Below are positions 39,541-49,818 of a stretch of 64,000 nt of DNA, piece by piece. Source of the stretch: an uncultured Actinomycetes bacterium (GTDB lineage: Bacteria; Actinomycetota; Thermoleophilia; UBA2241); the NCBI GenBank assembly GCA_963725665.1, contig CAVRZA010000001.1, positions 512,514 to 576,513 of the forward strand, in the 5' to 3' direction. Position numbers and translations under genes: made by a program. The notes beneath the pieces were generated by a model. That model ran no database searches. It saw only the letters and a program-made list of their open reading frames with translations, and was not told where the DNA came from. The first letter of the stretch is position 1; each line of letters begins with the position of its first letter.

Positions 39541-40941
39541 TCACGACATCCCCTCTCCTTGGTTAACGGGGTGGCGACTGTGGTCCGCCGAGTCACGCGA
39601 AACCCCGGTGAACAGCACGGCGACCCGCGCATCAGGAGGAATCAAACCTTCTCCGCGAAGCTTGGACAGGCCGGCTAGCCCCGCGGAGCCGGTTGCGTCG
39701 ACGGCGATGCCCGTGGCCTCGACGGCCAAGGCATTCGCATCGGCGAGCGCGAGCTCGCTCACGACCACAGGCCGGCCGCCAGTCTTGAGCATGGCCTCGA
39801 CCACCGCGAGCCAATCGTAGGTCTCGTCGTCGAGGATGCCGTGCGCGATGCTGAGTGGAGTCGCCTCCCACGGCCACATGAACGATGCTCGGTGGCGGGC
39901 GGCGTCGCGCAGAACCGCATGTAGTGCAGCGGGCCCGGACCCCGCCGGTAGCCGCTCGGCCACCAAGTCGAAGGCCCGCTTCAAAGGCCATGCACCCTCT
40001 GTTTGCACCGTGTGCAGGCGCGGCGCGCGAGGCAGGATTCCCAGGCTGACGGTCTCGGCGAAAGCGGCGGCGACGGAGCTGGCCAGTGCGCCGCCACCCA
40101 CTTGGATCACCACATCGTCCAGCTCGGCGCCTGCCGCCGCGAGACCCGCGACGATCTCGTAGCCGATCGTCTCGCCACCTTCGATCGCCAGGCCGTTCTC
40201 GTTGCCCTGGCACGTAAACGGCAGGGCCCCCGCCGCAAGCGCCGCCTGGAGCGCTACGAACGCGGGGTCCCCAGGCACGCCTGGCTCTCGCCGACAGACG
40301 TGCACGTCGACCCTCAGCGCGCTGAGGTGCGCCACAACTCTCGAGTCGGCGTCGACGGGAACGAACGCGTGTAGCTGGCGACGTCCTGCCGCCGCCACGA
40401 CAGCTGCGGCCAGCGCCGCGTTGCCACAGCTCGCAATCGCAAGGTTCGGTCGCGCCGCTGTGCCCACAAGGCCGAGCCGTTCGACCACCTCCAGGTGAAG
40501 GAGCAATCCGAACAAGTGGCGGGCCTTGTGCGAGCCGGAAACGTTGTCGGTCTCGTTCTTCACCCAGAGCGGCCCAGAGAGCCCGACGCGCTCCCCCAGG
40601 GCCGGCCACGCCGCGAAAGGCGTCGCCGAGAACCCGTGCCCGTCGACGCGCGCGACCTCAGCGTCGAGCTGTCGCACTAAGGAGACGAAGGCCTCGTCCC
40701 CCATACCATGGCCGCGAGCCACGTGGTATGCGTGCAAGAACGCCCGGTAGCGGATGAAGGGATTGGGTTCGGGATCGCCACGGGGGAACTCGACGGCGCC
40801 GGGGTCGAGCTCGCGTCGCAGCACGTGATCACAACCGTCGCCTGCGTTCGGACAGCGGAACGGGTATGGTTCGGCTGGATCCTGAACCGCGCCGCAACCG
40901 CTGCAGACGATCCGGCTTCCCCCTGAGACTGCAGCGCTCAC
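39541..40941 (-). CDS. PLP-dependent enzyme, threonine-synthase-like
   Basis: N-terminal CSGC…CP; VKNETDNVSGSHKAR; ASCGNA; VGGGAL. Confidence 0.85.
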   Translation of the reverse strand: MSAAVSGGSRIVCSGCGAVQDPAEPYPFRCPNAGDGCDHVLRRELDPGAVEFPRGDPEPNPFIRYRAFLHAYHVARGHGMGDEAFVSLVRQLDAEVARVDGHGFSATPFAAWPALGERVGLSGPLWVKNETDNVSGSHKARHLFGLLLHLEVVERLGLVGTAARPNLAIASCGNAALAAAVVAAAGRRQLHAFVPVDADSRVVAHLSALRVDVHVCRREPGVPGDPAFVALQAALAAGALPFTCQGNENGLAIEGGETIGYEIVAGLAAAGAELDDVVIQVGGGALASSVAAAFAETVSLGILPRAPRLHTVQTEGAWPLKRAFDLVAERLPAGSGPAALHAVLRDAARHRASFMWPWEATPLSIAHGILDDETYDWLAVVEAMLKTGGRPVVVSELALADANALAVEATGIAVDATGSAGLAGLSKLRGEGLIPPDARVAVLFTGVSRDSADHSRHPVNQGEGMS

Positions 40942-42437
40942 AGCTGGTCGAGAATCCCGCTGCGAGCGTTCAACTCATCGATCATCCCATCCCACACGGG
41001 GACGATCTCTCGTATCGCTGTCCAGAAGGACGGCTCCTTGCGGACACAGAAATCGTCCACTGATACGCCCTGCTGCTCGACCCATGTGAAGTAGCCGAGA
41101 TTGAAGATACGCTCGCGCTCAGTCAGCGTCGGCTCGAGCAGATGGTCAGTGGTCGCTCCGAGGATGTGTTCGCCGAAGACTTCGCCGGCGGCGACCTCAT
41201 CGAATCCATTGGGGAAGTACTCTGCGAGACCCAGCGCGCTTTCGCTCGCATACATCGCGGCCCCGTCCGTGGCGACCGTCACGACGGCGTCGTCGGGACC
41301 GTAGCCGAAGTACTTCGCGGTCTTGATGGCTGCGAGCACGTTGCAGATGCTCGAGAGCCCGAGCGAGGACAGCGCCTCGAGCGATGCCGCATCGACACCC
41401 CTGCGCGAAGCCAAGTAGGCGAGCCCCGCGGCGGTGTTGAACAGTATTTCCAGCCGGTCCGTGGCGCGGTCCGACACGGCAACCACGAGATCCACATTCA
41501 TGATGTTGTGAATCAGCGGGATGTGCTTGTCGCCGATTCCTTGGATGTTGTGCTCGCCGAATCCGTTGTACAGCATCGTCGGGCACTCAAGCGCCTCGAC
41601 GGCCACGACTTTGGAGCCGAAGCGTTCCTTCAGGTAGTCGCCCGCCGCAATCGTGCCCGCCGACCCTGTTGCCGAGGTGAAGGCGCGCAGCCGCAGTCCA
41701 GGGTTTGCATCGGCCATCGCCTGGAACACCCGCTCAAGCGCAGCACCGGTTGCGTAGTAGTGAACGAGGTGGTTTCCGAACTCGCTGAATTGGTTGAAGA
41801 CGACATTGGCCGGGTCGGCCGACAGACGGGCGCATTCATCGTAGATCTCCTTGACGTTGCTCTCGGTCCCCGGTGTTCGAACGATGTCCGACCGATCGGC
41901 CACCCAGGCCTCGAGCCACTCGAAGCGCTCGCGGCTCATCCCCTCGGGAAGCACCGCGACCCCGCGGCATCCCATGAGTCGCGAGATCGCGACTCCGCCT
42001 CGACAGTAGTTCCCAGTCGAGGGCCAGATCGCGCGCTGGCGCGTGGGATCGAACTGGCCGGTGATGACGCGCGGGGCCAGACAGCCGTAGGCGGCGAGCA
42101 CCTTGTGGGCCCGGATCATGGGGAATCGGTCGCCAAGCGCCACGACGATCGGGCTCTCGACGCCTGTGAGCGAAGGAGGCAAGACTATGTGTTGCGGCAC
42201 CGGCACGAGGCCGGTGCGCCGGTGGTCGTTGAACCAGTGAATGCGGAAGAGATTCAGGGGATGCGCATCGTCGGGGCCGATCTCGGCGAGCGCCTCGCGC
42301 ACGCCTCGAGGGATGAGGCTTGGGTCTGTGAGCTGTGCGAAGGTCGGGAGTGCGACGCGCGCTTCTCGGAAGCGGCCGATGGTGCGCGCATACACGTCGC
42401 GGTCGACCAGCTCCCCCTCGAGGCCAAAGCGTTGCAT
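40938..42437 (-). CDS. PLP-dependent fold-type II enzyme (cysteine-synthase/TrpB-like)
   Basis: AHKV, WPSTGNY, ATGSAGT, HNIQGIG; GGAGGAG RBS before ATG at 42437. Confidence 0.85.
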   Translation of the reverse strand: MQRFGLEGELVDRDVYARTIGRFREARVALPTFAQLTDPSLIPRGVREALAEIGPDDAHPLNLFRIHWFNDHRRTGLVPVPQHIVLPPSLTGVESPIVVALGDRFPMIRAHKVLAAYGCLAPRVITGQFDPTRQRAIWPSTGNYCRGGVAISRLMGCRGVAVLPEGMSRERFEWLEAWVADRSDIVRTPGTESNVKEIYDECARLSADPANVVFNQFSEFGNHLVHYYATGAALERVFQAMADANPGLRLRAFTSATGSAGTIAAGDYLKERFGSKVVAVEALECPTMLYNGFGEHNIQGIGDKHIPLIHNIMNVDLVVAVSDRATDRLEILFNTAAGLAYLASRRGVDAASLEALSSLGLSSICNVLAAIKTAKYFGYGPDDAVVTVATDGAAMYASESALGLAEYFPNGFDEVAAGEVFGEHILGATTDHLLEPTLTERERIFNLGYFTWVEQQGVSVDDFCVRKEPSFWTAIREIVPVWDGMIDELNARSGILDQL

Positions 42438-42471
42438 CACTGTCTCCTCCACTCTGACCTGTGCCACAACG

Positions 42472-42575
42472 TGAACCGTCCCGGGTTCAGTCGAGGCTCA
42501 GGTGCTTGAGTGCTTGCCGTGGAGGTTGCGATGATAGCAGTCCGACGTCTTGAGCTGAGGTGACGCTGCGGTTGT
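42472..42575 (-). mobile_element. IS3-family (IS51/IS6110-like) right-end remnant
   Basis: TGAACCGTCCCGGGTTCAGTCGAGGCTC resembles the TGAACCGCCCCGG… terminal IR; no transposase body. Confidence 0.6.
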
Positions 42576-42668
42576 CTCGTATCCCACTTGACGGAACGCG
42601 TCCCTTATCTGCCAAGAACATGGACAAGACGGCTGTGCGGGCTACGTTACCTCGGGGAGGTGCTGACT

Positions 42669-43640
42669 GTGAACAAATACCATCCGGTTGATTCCCTTAA
42701 GACGCCGAAGTTCTGCGGCATAAGGACGTTCATGCGTCTGCCGGCCGTGCAGACGACAGAAGATGTAGACGTTGCCATCGTCGGCATTCCTTTTGATACC
42801 GGTGCCAGTTACCGCACCGGACAGAGATTCGGTCCCGGAGCCATCAGGGACATATCTGTGATGATCCGCAGACACAATCGACTCCTCGACATCAGCACCT
42901 TCGATCACATCTCCGGCGTCGACTACGGGGATATCGACGTGGTGCCCGGCGACATCGAGGAAACGTACAGACTGATAGAAGAAGGACTGCGGCCGATCGT
43001 CGATGCCGGAGTGATCCCGGTATGCCTTGGTGGAGACCACTCCATCACTCTGGGAGAGCTGAGAGCCGTGGCGAGGAAACACGGCCCCGTAGCGCTGGTC
43101 CACTTCGACGCCCACACAGATACCGATGACCAGCCCTTCGGGCTCAAGTACAACCACGGCACGCCCTTCACATGGGCGGTCAAGGAAGGGCTCATAGACC
43201 CTGGCCGTTCGATCTCGGTCGGCATTAGGGGGTCGATGTATCACCCCCACGAGATGGGGGACTCCGAAGACCTGGGGCTGAAGGTCATCACGGCTGATGA
43301 CATGAGGAAGCTCGGCTTGCCCGAAGTGGCTCGGCAGATCAGGGAGAGGGCCGGAGAAGCACTCGTGTTCTTCTCCTTCGATATCGACTTCGTGGACCCC
43401 TCCTGTGCACCCGGGACCGGGACACCGGAGCTGGAGGGCTTCAACAGTCACGAGGCTCTTTCGCTCGTACGCGACATAGGTGATTTGAGCTTTGTGGCCT
43501 TCGATATCGTGGAAGTGCTGCCCGCGTTCGACCCTGCTCAGACGACCGCCTACCTGGCGGCTCATGTGGGGTGCGAGTTCGCGTCGATCATTGCGGTCCA
43601 CAAGAGGGATGGCGCGGCGTACCTGAGCAGACTGGGATGA
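42669..43640 (+). CDS. speB: Agmatinase
   Basis: GQRFGPGAIR, GGDHSIT, HFDAHTD, HGTPF, FDIDFVDP..APGTGTP. Confidence 0.9.
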   Translation: MNKYHPVDSLKTPKFCGIRTFMRLPAVQTTEDVDVAIVGIPFDTGASYRTGQRFGPGAIRDISVMIRRHNRLLDISTFDHISGVDYGDIDVVPGDIEETYRLIEEGLRPIVDAGVIPVCLGGDHSITLGELRAVARKHGPVALVHFDAHTDTDDQPFGLKYNHGTPFTWAVKEGLIDPGRSISVGIRGSMYHPHEMGDSEDLGLKVITADDMRKLGLPEVARQIRERAGEALVFFSFDIDFVDPSCAPGTGTPELEGFNSHEALSLVRDIGDLSFVAFDIVEVLPAFDPAQTTAYLAAHVGCEFASIIAVHKRDGAAYLSRLG

Positions 43641-44344
43641 GGGCGACGCCGCGGAACGCCAAGACACCAGTCGTCATGTCGTGGAGCGGCGGCAAGGACT
43701 CCGCGCTCGCCTTGTGGACACTCCAGGGCGAGCCGCACCTTGAGGTGCGAGCCCTGCTCACGACCGTGACCGAGGAGTTCGACCGCATCAGCATGCACGG
43801 CGTGCGCAGCGCGCTGCTCGACTGTCAGGCCGCCCTGCTTGGGCTGCCCGTGGTCCGCGTGAGCATCCCGCCGGACTGCTCCAACGAGCTCTACGAGGAA
43901 CGCATGGCTGCGGCTCTGGCGCAGCCCCTCATCGCCGGCGTAGAGCACTACGCGTTCGGTGACCTCTTCTTGGACGACGTGCGCACCTACCGCGAGGAGC
44001 GCCTTGAGGCTGTGGACAAGCGGTGCCTCTTTCCCCTCTGGGGACGCGACACGCGTGAACTCGCACGGACCTTCATCGCCGCCGGATTTGGCGGCCTCCT
44101 CACGTGCGTCGATACGGCAAAGCTCGACGGCTCCTTCGCCGGCCGCCTCTTCGATGCCTCGTTGCTTGCCGACCTGCCCGCCGGCGTTGACCCCTGCGGC
44201 GAGCGGGGCGAGTTCCACTCCTTCGTCTTTGCCGGGCCGATCTTCAGTCGCGCGATCCCCATTGAGAGCGGCGAGACTGTCGTTCGCGATGGCTTTGCCT
44301 TCTGCGACGTGCGCTCGACCGACCAGCCTGGGGGCTCATCGTGA
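43637..44344 (+). CDS. Dph6/MJ0570-related ATP pyrophosphatase
   Basis: SWSGGKDS PP-loop; FGDLFL; DPCGERGEFHS. Confidence 0.9.
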   Translation: MRATPRNAKTPVVMSWSGGKDSALALWTLQGEPHLEVRALLTTVTEEFDRISMHGVRSALLDCQAALLGLPVVRVSIPPDCSNELYEERMAAALAQPLIAGVEHYAFGDLFLDDVRTYREERLEAVDKRCLFPLWGRDTRELARTFIAAGFGGLLTCVDTAKLDGSFAGRLFDASLLADLPAGVDPCGERGEFHSFVFAGPIFSRAIPIESGETVVRDGFAFCDVRSTDQPGGSS

Positions 44345-44599
44345 CGATGAAGATCGCCGTCGCCCTCGTAGGTAAGGCGGTCTCATGCAAACGCCCTGCA
44401 AACGGAGCCACCGCTTGGGCACGGCACCTGATGGCGCTACCTGGTGACCATTGGAGGCCCTTCCAATTCGCCCACGAGGAGAGACAGTGGTAACGCCTCC
44501 GAGCGCCGCGTGCTACGCTGCAAAGCAGCGCGCTCGCCGGCGCCCCCGGCCGGGCAGTCGCTGCTGTGCCCGGGGACGTCTCGCTTTCAGGGAGGACCC

Positions 44600-44782
44600 G
44601 TGAGGCTCGAAGATCTGCTCGGCAAGCACGTCCGCTACAAGGGCGAGGAGGGGCACGTCGTGGAGGGGCACTCCGGCGAGCGGGCATCGGTCGTGGTGAG
44701 CGTCCGCGCCGCGGACGACGTGGCGCGCCGGAACGTGACCGTGCCGGAGCGCGAATGGGGGGAGCTCGAGCTCCTCGACTAG
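44600..44782 (+). CDS. Small hypothetical protein, 60 aa
   Basis: GGAGG RBS plus GTG; GC3-rich codons. Confidence 0.55.
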   Translation: MRLEDLLGKHVRYKGEEGHVVEGHSGERASVVVSVRAADDVARRNVTVPEREWGELELLD

Positions 44783-44826
44783 GATCTTAGGCGAGTGAGG
44801 GCCGCGCCTGAGCCGCTGACGTTGCC

Positions 44827-45042
44827 CTACGCCGCCTCGTCCAAGAGCAGGAACAGGTGCTCTCGCTTTGAGTAGCGGTGAACGCTGCCGCAGCGAGGGC
44901 AGCGATGAACTGTGTCGCAGTCTTCGAGCTCCACAAAGACGTCCGGCGACAGCTGGGTCGACGTGACGAAGAACGCGCCACAGCCGCCGTTCTTGCACTC
45001 GACTCCCAGGAGGTGGGACATGCGGCTCTGCTCAGGCAGCAT
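44827..45042 (-). CDS. Small zinc-ribbon protein
   Basis: CKNGGC…CPRC. Confidence 0.55.
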   Translation of the reverse strand: MLPEQSRMSHLLGVECKNGGCGAFFVTSTQLSPDVFVELEDCDTVHRCPRCGSVHRYSKREHLFLLLDEAA

Positions 45043-45328
45043 CCTTCGCCTCCTGCGCCGTAACGACGGGGCGATTCGGAAGCGCGTGCAGCAACGCGCG
45101 ATGGCGGCCCCAGGAGGGCGTCGCCGCGCAGGCGGAGCAGACCGCTGCGGCACGTCCATCCAGCTTCACTTGAAAGACCTTCTCTCCGAGGATGATCGTC
45201 TCCCCGCAGTGGTCGCAGATGCGCGTGCCCCAGAGCCGTTCGAGCACCTCGGCTTCGCGTCGAGCTGCGTCGCGCCCTTGGTCTGCGATTGCTGGTTCGG
45301 TGCCTGAGAACGCCCTCTGATCTCCCAT
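45032..45328 (-). CDS. Small Cys-rich protein
   Basis: CDHC…CSAC; overlaps the next gene. Confidence 0.55.
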   Translation of the reverse strand: MGDQRAFSGTEPAIADQGRDAARREAEVLERLWGTRICDHCGETIILGEKVFQVKLDGRAAAVCSACAATPSWGRHRALLHALPNRPVVTAQEAKDAA

Positions 45329-45384
45329 GATGCCCTTCCACGCCCGCGCCGCGGCTCCTACCTCGCGACATGTTGCCGCTCAGT

Positions 45385-45411
45385 TACCCCTCTCGCGAGT
45401 CCTGCCAAACC
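45385..45411 (-). promoter_or_regulatory. SigB/SigF-type promoter candidate
   Basis: Minus strand GGTTT-N17-GGGTA, ~56 nt upstream of ATG at 45328. Confidence 0.5.
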
Positions 45412-45488
45412 AGCACGACTCACGTACGAGGACTACGGTAACCGGCTCCAAAGGCCGTCGCACAGCCTCATGGCGATAGGGAGACGCG

Positions 45489-45521
45489 CACCAGCCCCGT
45501 GATCAGCGTCGCCGCCTCGTC
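45489..45521 (-). repeat. Integrase 3'-end remnant R11 (very short)
   Basis: caccagccccgtgatcagcgtcgccgcctcgtc encodes DEAATLITGLV. Confidence 0.6.
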
Positions 45522-45867
45522 TGGAGGCCGCACCCTGGTTTGTCTCAGGCCTTCTCGTGGCAGTGCTTCCGAATGCGAGGAGATGCGGAGATGGCGACGC
45601 GACACGGGCACGCAACGCGGCACGAAAGCGCAGGCCTTGCCGGTCGGCCGCACGAGCCCGCTCCGGTCCCTGCCCGCAACCTTCAAGTCTACGACGCGGT
45701 TCTGGGGCCGTCCGACTGTCTCGTTGATCGCCCCTTCAGCGACCCCGGGGAGACGGTCGGCGACGCGCTCGTCATGGCCGACATGCTGGCGCGCGAACGC
45801 GTCGTCGCTCGGACATGGCCGCGCGGCGGTCAGGGGCCCGGAATCAGCGAGAAGACCGTGGCGGGCA

Positions 45868-47582
45868 GATTGGTTTTTGGTCGTGTAAAACGCGTCAAAG
45901 ATCTTGCCCAGCTTGTCGGGAGGAATGCCCATTCCGGAATCTCGACCCATACTTTGACGGCGGAATTGCCATTCAGCGCGGCCTTGATCGACATTTTTCC
46001 CGCGCCTGGTTCGCAGGTCTGCATGGCATCGATTGCGTTCATCGCAAGGTTCAAAATGACCTGCTGGAGATGATGTGATCGCCGCGGACGACAAAGCGGC
46101 CGATCTCCTGATCCGCGACGAGCCCGATTCCTTCTTAAATGCCTCGGGCCCCACGATCTGAAGGGTGTCGTGAACGACCTCGCCAAGATCGATTTCCTCC
46201 AGTTCATCTTCGCTTTTTTTCTTCAACAGCGCGCGCAGGTGGCTGATGATCTGCGCGGCGCGCTCATTGTCCCGAAGAATATTGGAAAGTATCTGTTCGG
46301 CCCTTGCGACGTTCTCGGGGGATCAGCGCCGAGATAAAGCATTGCTGCCTCAGCGTAGCTCTGGATGGCACCGAGAGGTTGATTTAACTCGTGCGCGATG
46401 GAGGCCGACAAAGTCCCGGCGACGGCAGTGCGGTTCAAATGAATGACTTCCAGTAGCCGGTCGCGCAACTCTAATTCTGCGGCCTGGCGGCGGCGTCGCT
46501 CAATAATCAATCCCCCGATCACGGCGGCCTGCGCGAGCACGATGATCGCAATCGAAATTATCTGCCAATGGTACTGTTCCCAGAGATCAAATTGATGAAA
46601 TTGGATATCGCTGTCCGATGGCAGCCGGGACGTGCTCAGCTCCACCGCTTGATCGGTCGTTCGTCGAGTCGATACATTTGAGGTGGGAATTGTTTGGCGA
46701 GGAACTGTAGCAAGATTATTGCTCGACAGAAGTTTCAATGCGGATCCGCCGTCGCTGCACCCTCCTCGTTTTCCCAACTGTCCATATATCCGCCTACGAT
46801 TTCCACGCCCAAATAGCTGCTGATTGGCGAATAAACGGGCGCGGGCGAAATCGTTGCGACACTTGCAGCTACTTCGGGCGGGACACGCGCCCGCCCGGTG
46901 CGATCGACGAAAACAAACGACATGACTGCAATCGGATCTTTCGGCAGCTGCGAGACTTGTTTTAGCATCTCATCGTATGGAAGACCTTCAATGTAATTGA
47001 TTGTATAGCGGTCGCTATATGGTTGCAGCTCGCGGCGCGCATCATCCAACCATTGTCGGTCGTAGTCACTCGCTCCACCGATGACGGCAACATTGCGGGC
47101 TTTCGGTTGAAGCTGCCGTGCCAGCTCCAGCTCCCCAAAACTGTATTCTGTAGCGACAAAAAAGGTCGTCGAAGTGGTCTGTCTTTGTGACCTCCCTTGC
47201 GGGCACATTGGCAATGATGGTTCGGACGTTCGGAGCGAGAGCACTGCGGTTCTGGCCAAGAACGGAATTGCGGCGCGGCCCAGTGCGATCAGTATATCGG
47301 GCGGGGCTTCCTGGTATACTTTCCGGCAAGATATTCAGCCGTTTGATCGATATGCCTTTGGCTTGGAAGCCGCACCAGCTCCATGTAGTCGATAAATATC
47401 TCGAAACGCTCCGTCGTCTTTTCGCTGAGGCGCTGTTTGAATGCCTCAATGGTGCGCATAGCGGCCGGCTGGTTGGGTGAAAGGCTTTCCAGAAAAGAGA
47501 TTCGTCGCAGCTGCGTCTCCGCGGCCGAAACACCAATCGTGGCCGCGATCAGAAGGGCGAAGGATGTCAAACCCGCGCGCAT
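45868..47582 (-). pseudogene. Sensor histidine kinase (alphaproteobacterial type), multiply frameshifted and 3'-truncated
   Basis: Pieces in several frames: periplasmic domain, TM, SIAHELNQPL, LQQVILNLAMNA, DSGMGIP…IFDAFYTTK; the G2 box is missing. Confidence 0.85.
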
Positions 47583-47970
47583 CCAGTTCGCTTTCGAAAA
47601 AGGCTACACACTGAAAAAGCGCCGTACACGTCTGCCTGACGGCGAGAGTATTCACTGTAACGTTGTCTTAGTTGCACCAAAACCAGCCCCGACCACCTTA
47701 CTAGCAACACGAGCGTTTCGGAGTGTCTTCGACCCAAATCGCTCCCACGACAAAAGGCACGAGTGGGCATTACGGCCTTGAATTAGGGCGGCTGCGAGCC
47801 GAATACCACGAACTAATCACGAACATGTGACGGACCGGGCTGCCTCAAAGGGAAGTTTCGGACAGCGGTCTTTTTCGGCAGGTTGATGCCGTAGGGAGCG
47901 CGTACTTCCGATCAATTCTGCTGCGCAACCTGAAGGCAATGCGAACAACGACAGCTCGGAAAGGTCTGCC

Positions 47971-49677
47971 ATGAGAAAAGTTTGTATCGGCCTGCTTACA
48001 TTCGTTGTCACAGTGATCGCCGCATGTATGCCGGCATCCGCGCAGCTCCCTCAGAAGCCCAACGTCCTCTTCATCATGGGTGATGACATCGGCATCATGC
48101 AGCCGAGCATTTATCACCGGGGTTTGATGGTCGGTGAAACGCCCAACATCGATCGCATCGGCAATGAGGGTGCGATCTTCATGACGTATTACGCAGAGCA
48201 AAGCTGCACCGCCGGACGTACCGCGTTCTTTACCGGCATGCATCCAATACGCGCAGGGATGGTTATGCCCCAGTTGCCGGGTGCGACAAGCTCCCTGTTG
48301 CCCGGCACACCATCGCTGGCGAAGGCGTTGCTCGATTTAGGGTACAACACGGCCGAGTTCGGCAAGAACCACTTGGGCGACAAGGCGGCTTCGCTCCCGA
48401 CCGCTCACGGTGTCCAGGAATTCTGGGGTTATTTGTATCACCTCGACGCGATGCAGGGCGTAAGCTTCCCCGACATCAACAAGTCCGCGACAGAACAGAC
48501 CGTCGTACCGCCATGCAAGAACACGCCCGTCCGCGGGCTCTCCGATCCGCCGGGCGCGGTCGATCCCAGAACCGCGCTGTGCATGACGCCGCCGCGGCCG
48601 GTTATCTCGTGCACGTCCTCCAACGGTACGGAGCAAAACCAGACCTGTAAGGACGAGGGTCCTCTAACGCTGGAACGTTCGAAGACCGTAGACGAGGAAA
48701 TCTCCGCCAAGGTCGTCGACTACCTTGACCGCAATGATCCAAAGAAGACGAACAAGCCGTTCTTCGTCTGGTACAACCCCGCGCGCATGCATATCACGAC
48801 GGTGTTCTCGCCGAAGTACGAAGCGATGCTGGGCGAGAAGGGCGGCAAGGACTGGGGCATCAACGAAGTCGGGATGAAGCAGCTCGACGACAACATCGGC
48901 GTCGTGCTCAAGAAGCTGCAGGACATTGGGCAGCTCGACAACACAATCGTTGTCTTTACGACCGACAACGGGGCCGAAGCCATCACTTATCCGGACGGCG
49001 GCGTTACTCCGTTCCGCGGCGGCAAGCTCACAACCTGGGAAGGCGGCATGCGGGCGCCGCTCGTCGTGCGGTGGCCGGGCCATATCAAGCCGGGTACCGT
49101 AAAAACTGAGATCGTGTCGGGCTTGGATTGGCTGCCAACACTGGTTGACATTGCCGGTGGCCCGAAAGGCGACGGCTTAAAGAAGCAGATAGAGGCCGGA
49201 CAGTATCCAGGCTTCGTCAAGACGACGCTCGACGGCGTGGATCAGCGAGCTTACCTGGAAGGCCAGGGTCCGTCAGCGCGCGATTATCTGTACTATTGGA
49301 CAGGTACGCACCCGTCGGCGGTCCGCTACAAGAACTGGAAGTTTTACTACACGATGGCGCCATCCTCAGCGACGGGTGGATTGACGGGGACGGTGACTTA
49401 TCACTGGACCCAGGTCGACAACATCAAGCGCGATCCGTTTGAACAGGCCGTTGCCGAAGATCAAAAGACACTGCTCGGGATGGGCGGCGCAATCGCGGCG
49501 CCGAGCACGGCTTATATATACGACTGGAACTTGGTGCCGATCGGACAGCTCCTCTGGCTGAAGGAACTTGAAACCTTCCGCACGTTCCCGGCCCTGCAAT
49601 CCCCAGCGAGCTACAATCTCGACCAGATCATCCATGCCATGCAGGAAGCAAGGACCATCAGCCACGCAGGCGACTAG
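47971..49677 (+). CDS. Arylsulfatase
   Basis: KPNVLFIMGDDIG, SCTAGR (FGly motif), GKNHLG, TTDNG; signal peptide. Confidence 0.95.
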   Translation: MRKVCIGLLTFVVTVIAACMPASAQLPQKPNVLFIMGDDIGIMQPSIYHRGLMVGETPNIDRIGNEGAIFMTYYAEQSCTAGRTAFFTGMHPIRAGMVMPQLPGATSSLLPGTPSLAKALLDLGYNTAEFGKNHLGDKAASLPTAHGVQEFWGYLYHLDAMQGVSFPDINKSATEQTVVPPCKNTPVRGLSDPPGAVDPRTALCMTPPRPVISCTSSNGTEQNQTCKDEGPLTLERSKTVDEEISAKVVDYLDRNDPKKTNKPFFVWYNPARMHITTVFSPKYEAMLGEKGGKDWGINEVGMKQLDDNIGVVLKKLQDIGQLDNTIVVFTTDNGAEAITYPDGGVTPFRGGKLTTWEGGMRAPLVVRWPGHIKPGTVKTEIVSGLDWLPTLVDIAGGPKGDGLKKQIEAGQYPGFVKTTLDGVDQRAYLEGQGPSARDYLYYWTGTHPSAVRYKNWKFYYTMAPSSATGGLTGTVTYHWTQVDNIKRDPFEQAVAEDQKTLLGMGGAIAAPSTAYIYDWNLVPIGQLLWLKELETFRTFPALQSPASYNLDQIIHAMQEARTISHAGD

Positions 49678-49818
49678 GGTCAATTTGCCAAAGACGGTCG
49701 CGCGAGCGAGCCGACGAGTTGGCCTGACCGATACGAATAGAAGACGTTGCCGGGCTATCCAAAAAGACCGCCCGGCAGCCGACGGTGCTGGCCCACTCAT
49801 GACCAAAATGGAGTGTTT

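Noticed and set aside
45430-45480. c-di-GMP-I riboswitch-like AGCCGGTTACCG on the minus strand
   Set aside because: The GGCAAA…GAAA…GACGCAAAGC 5' part is not present
45540-45860. Plus-strand ORF piece just before the junction
   Set aside because: Looks coding but has no recognisable motif, start or end
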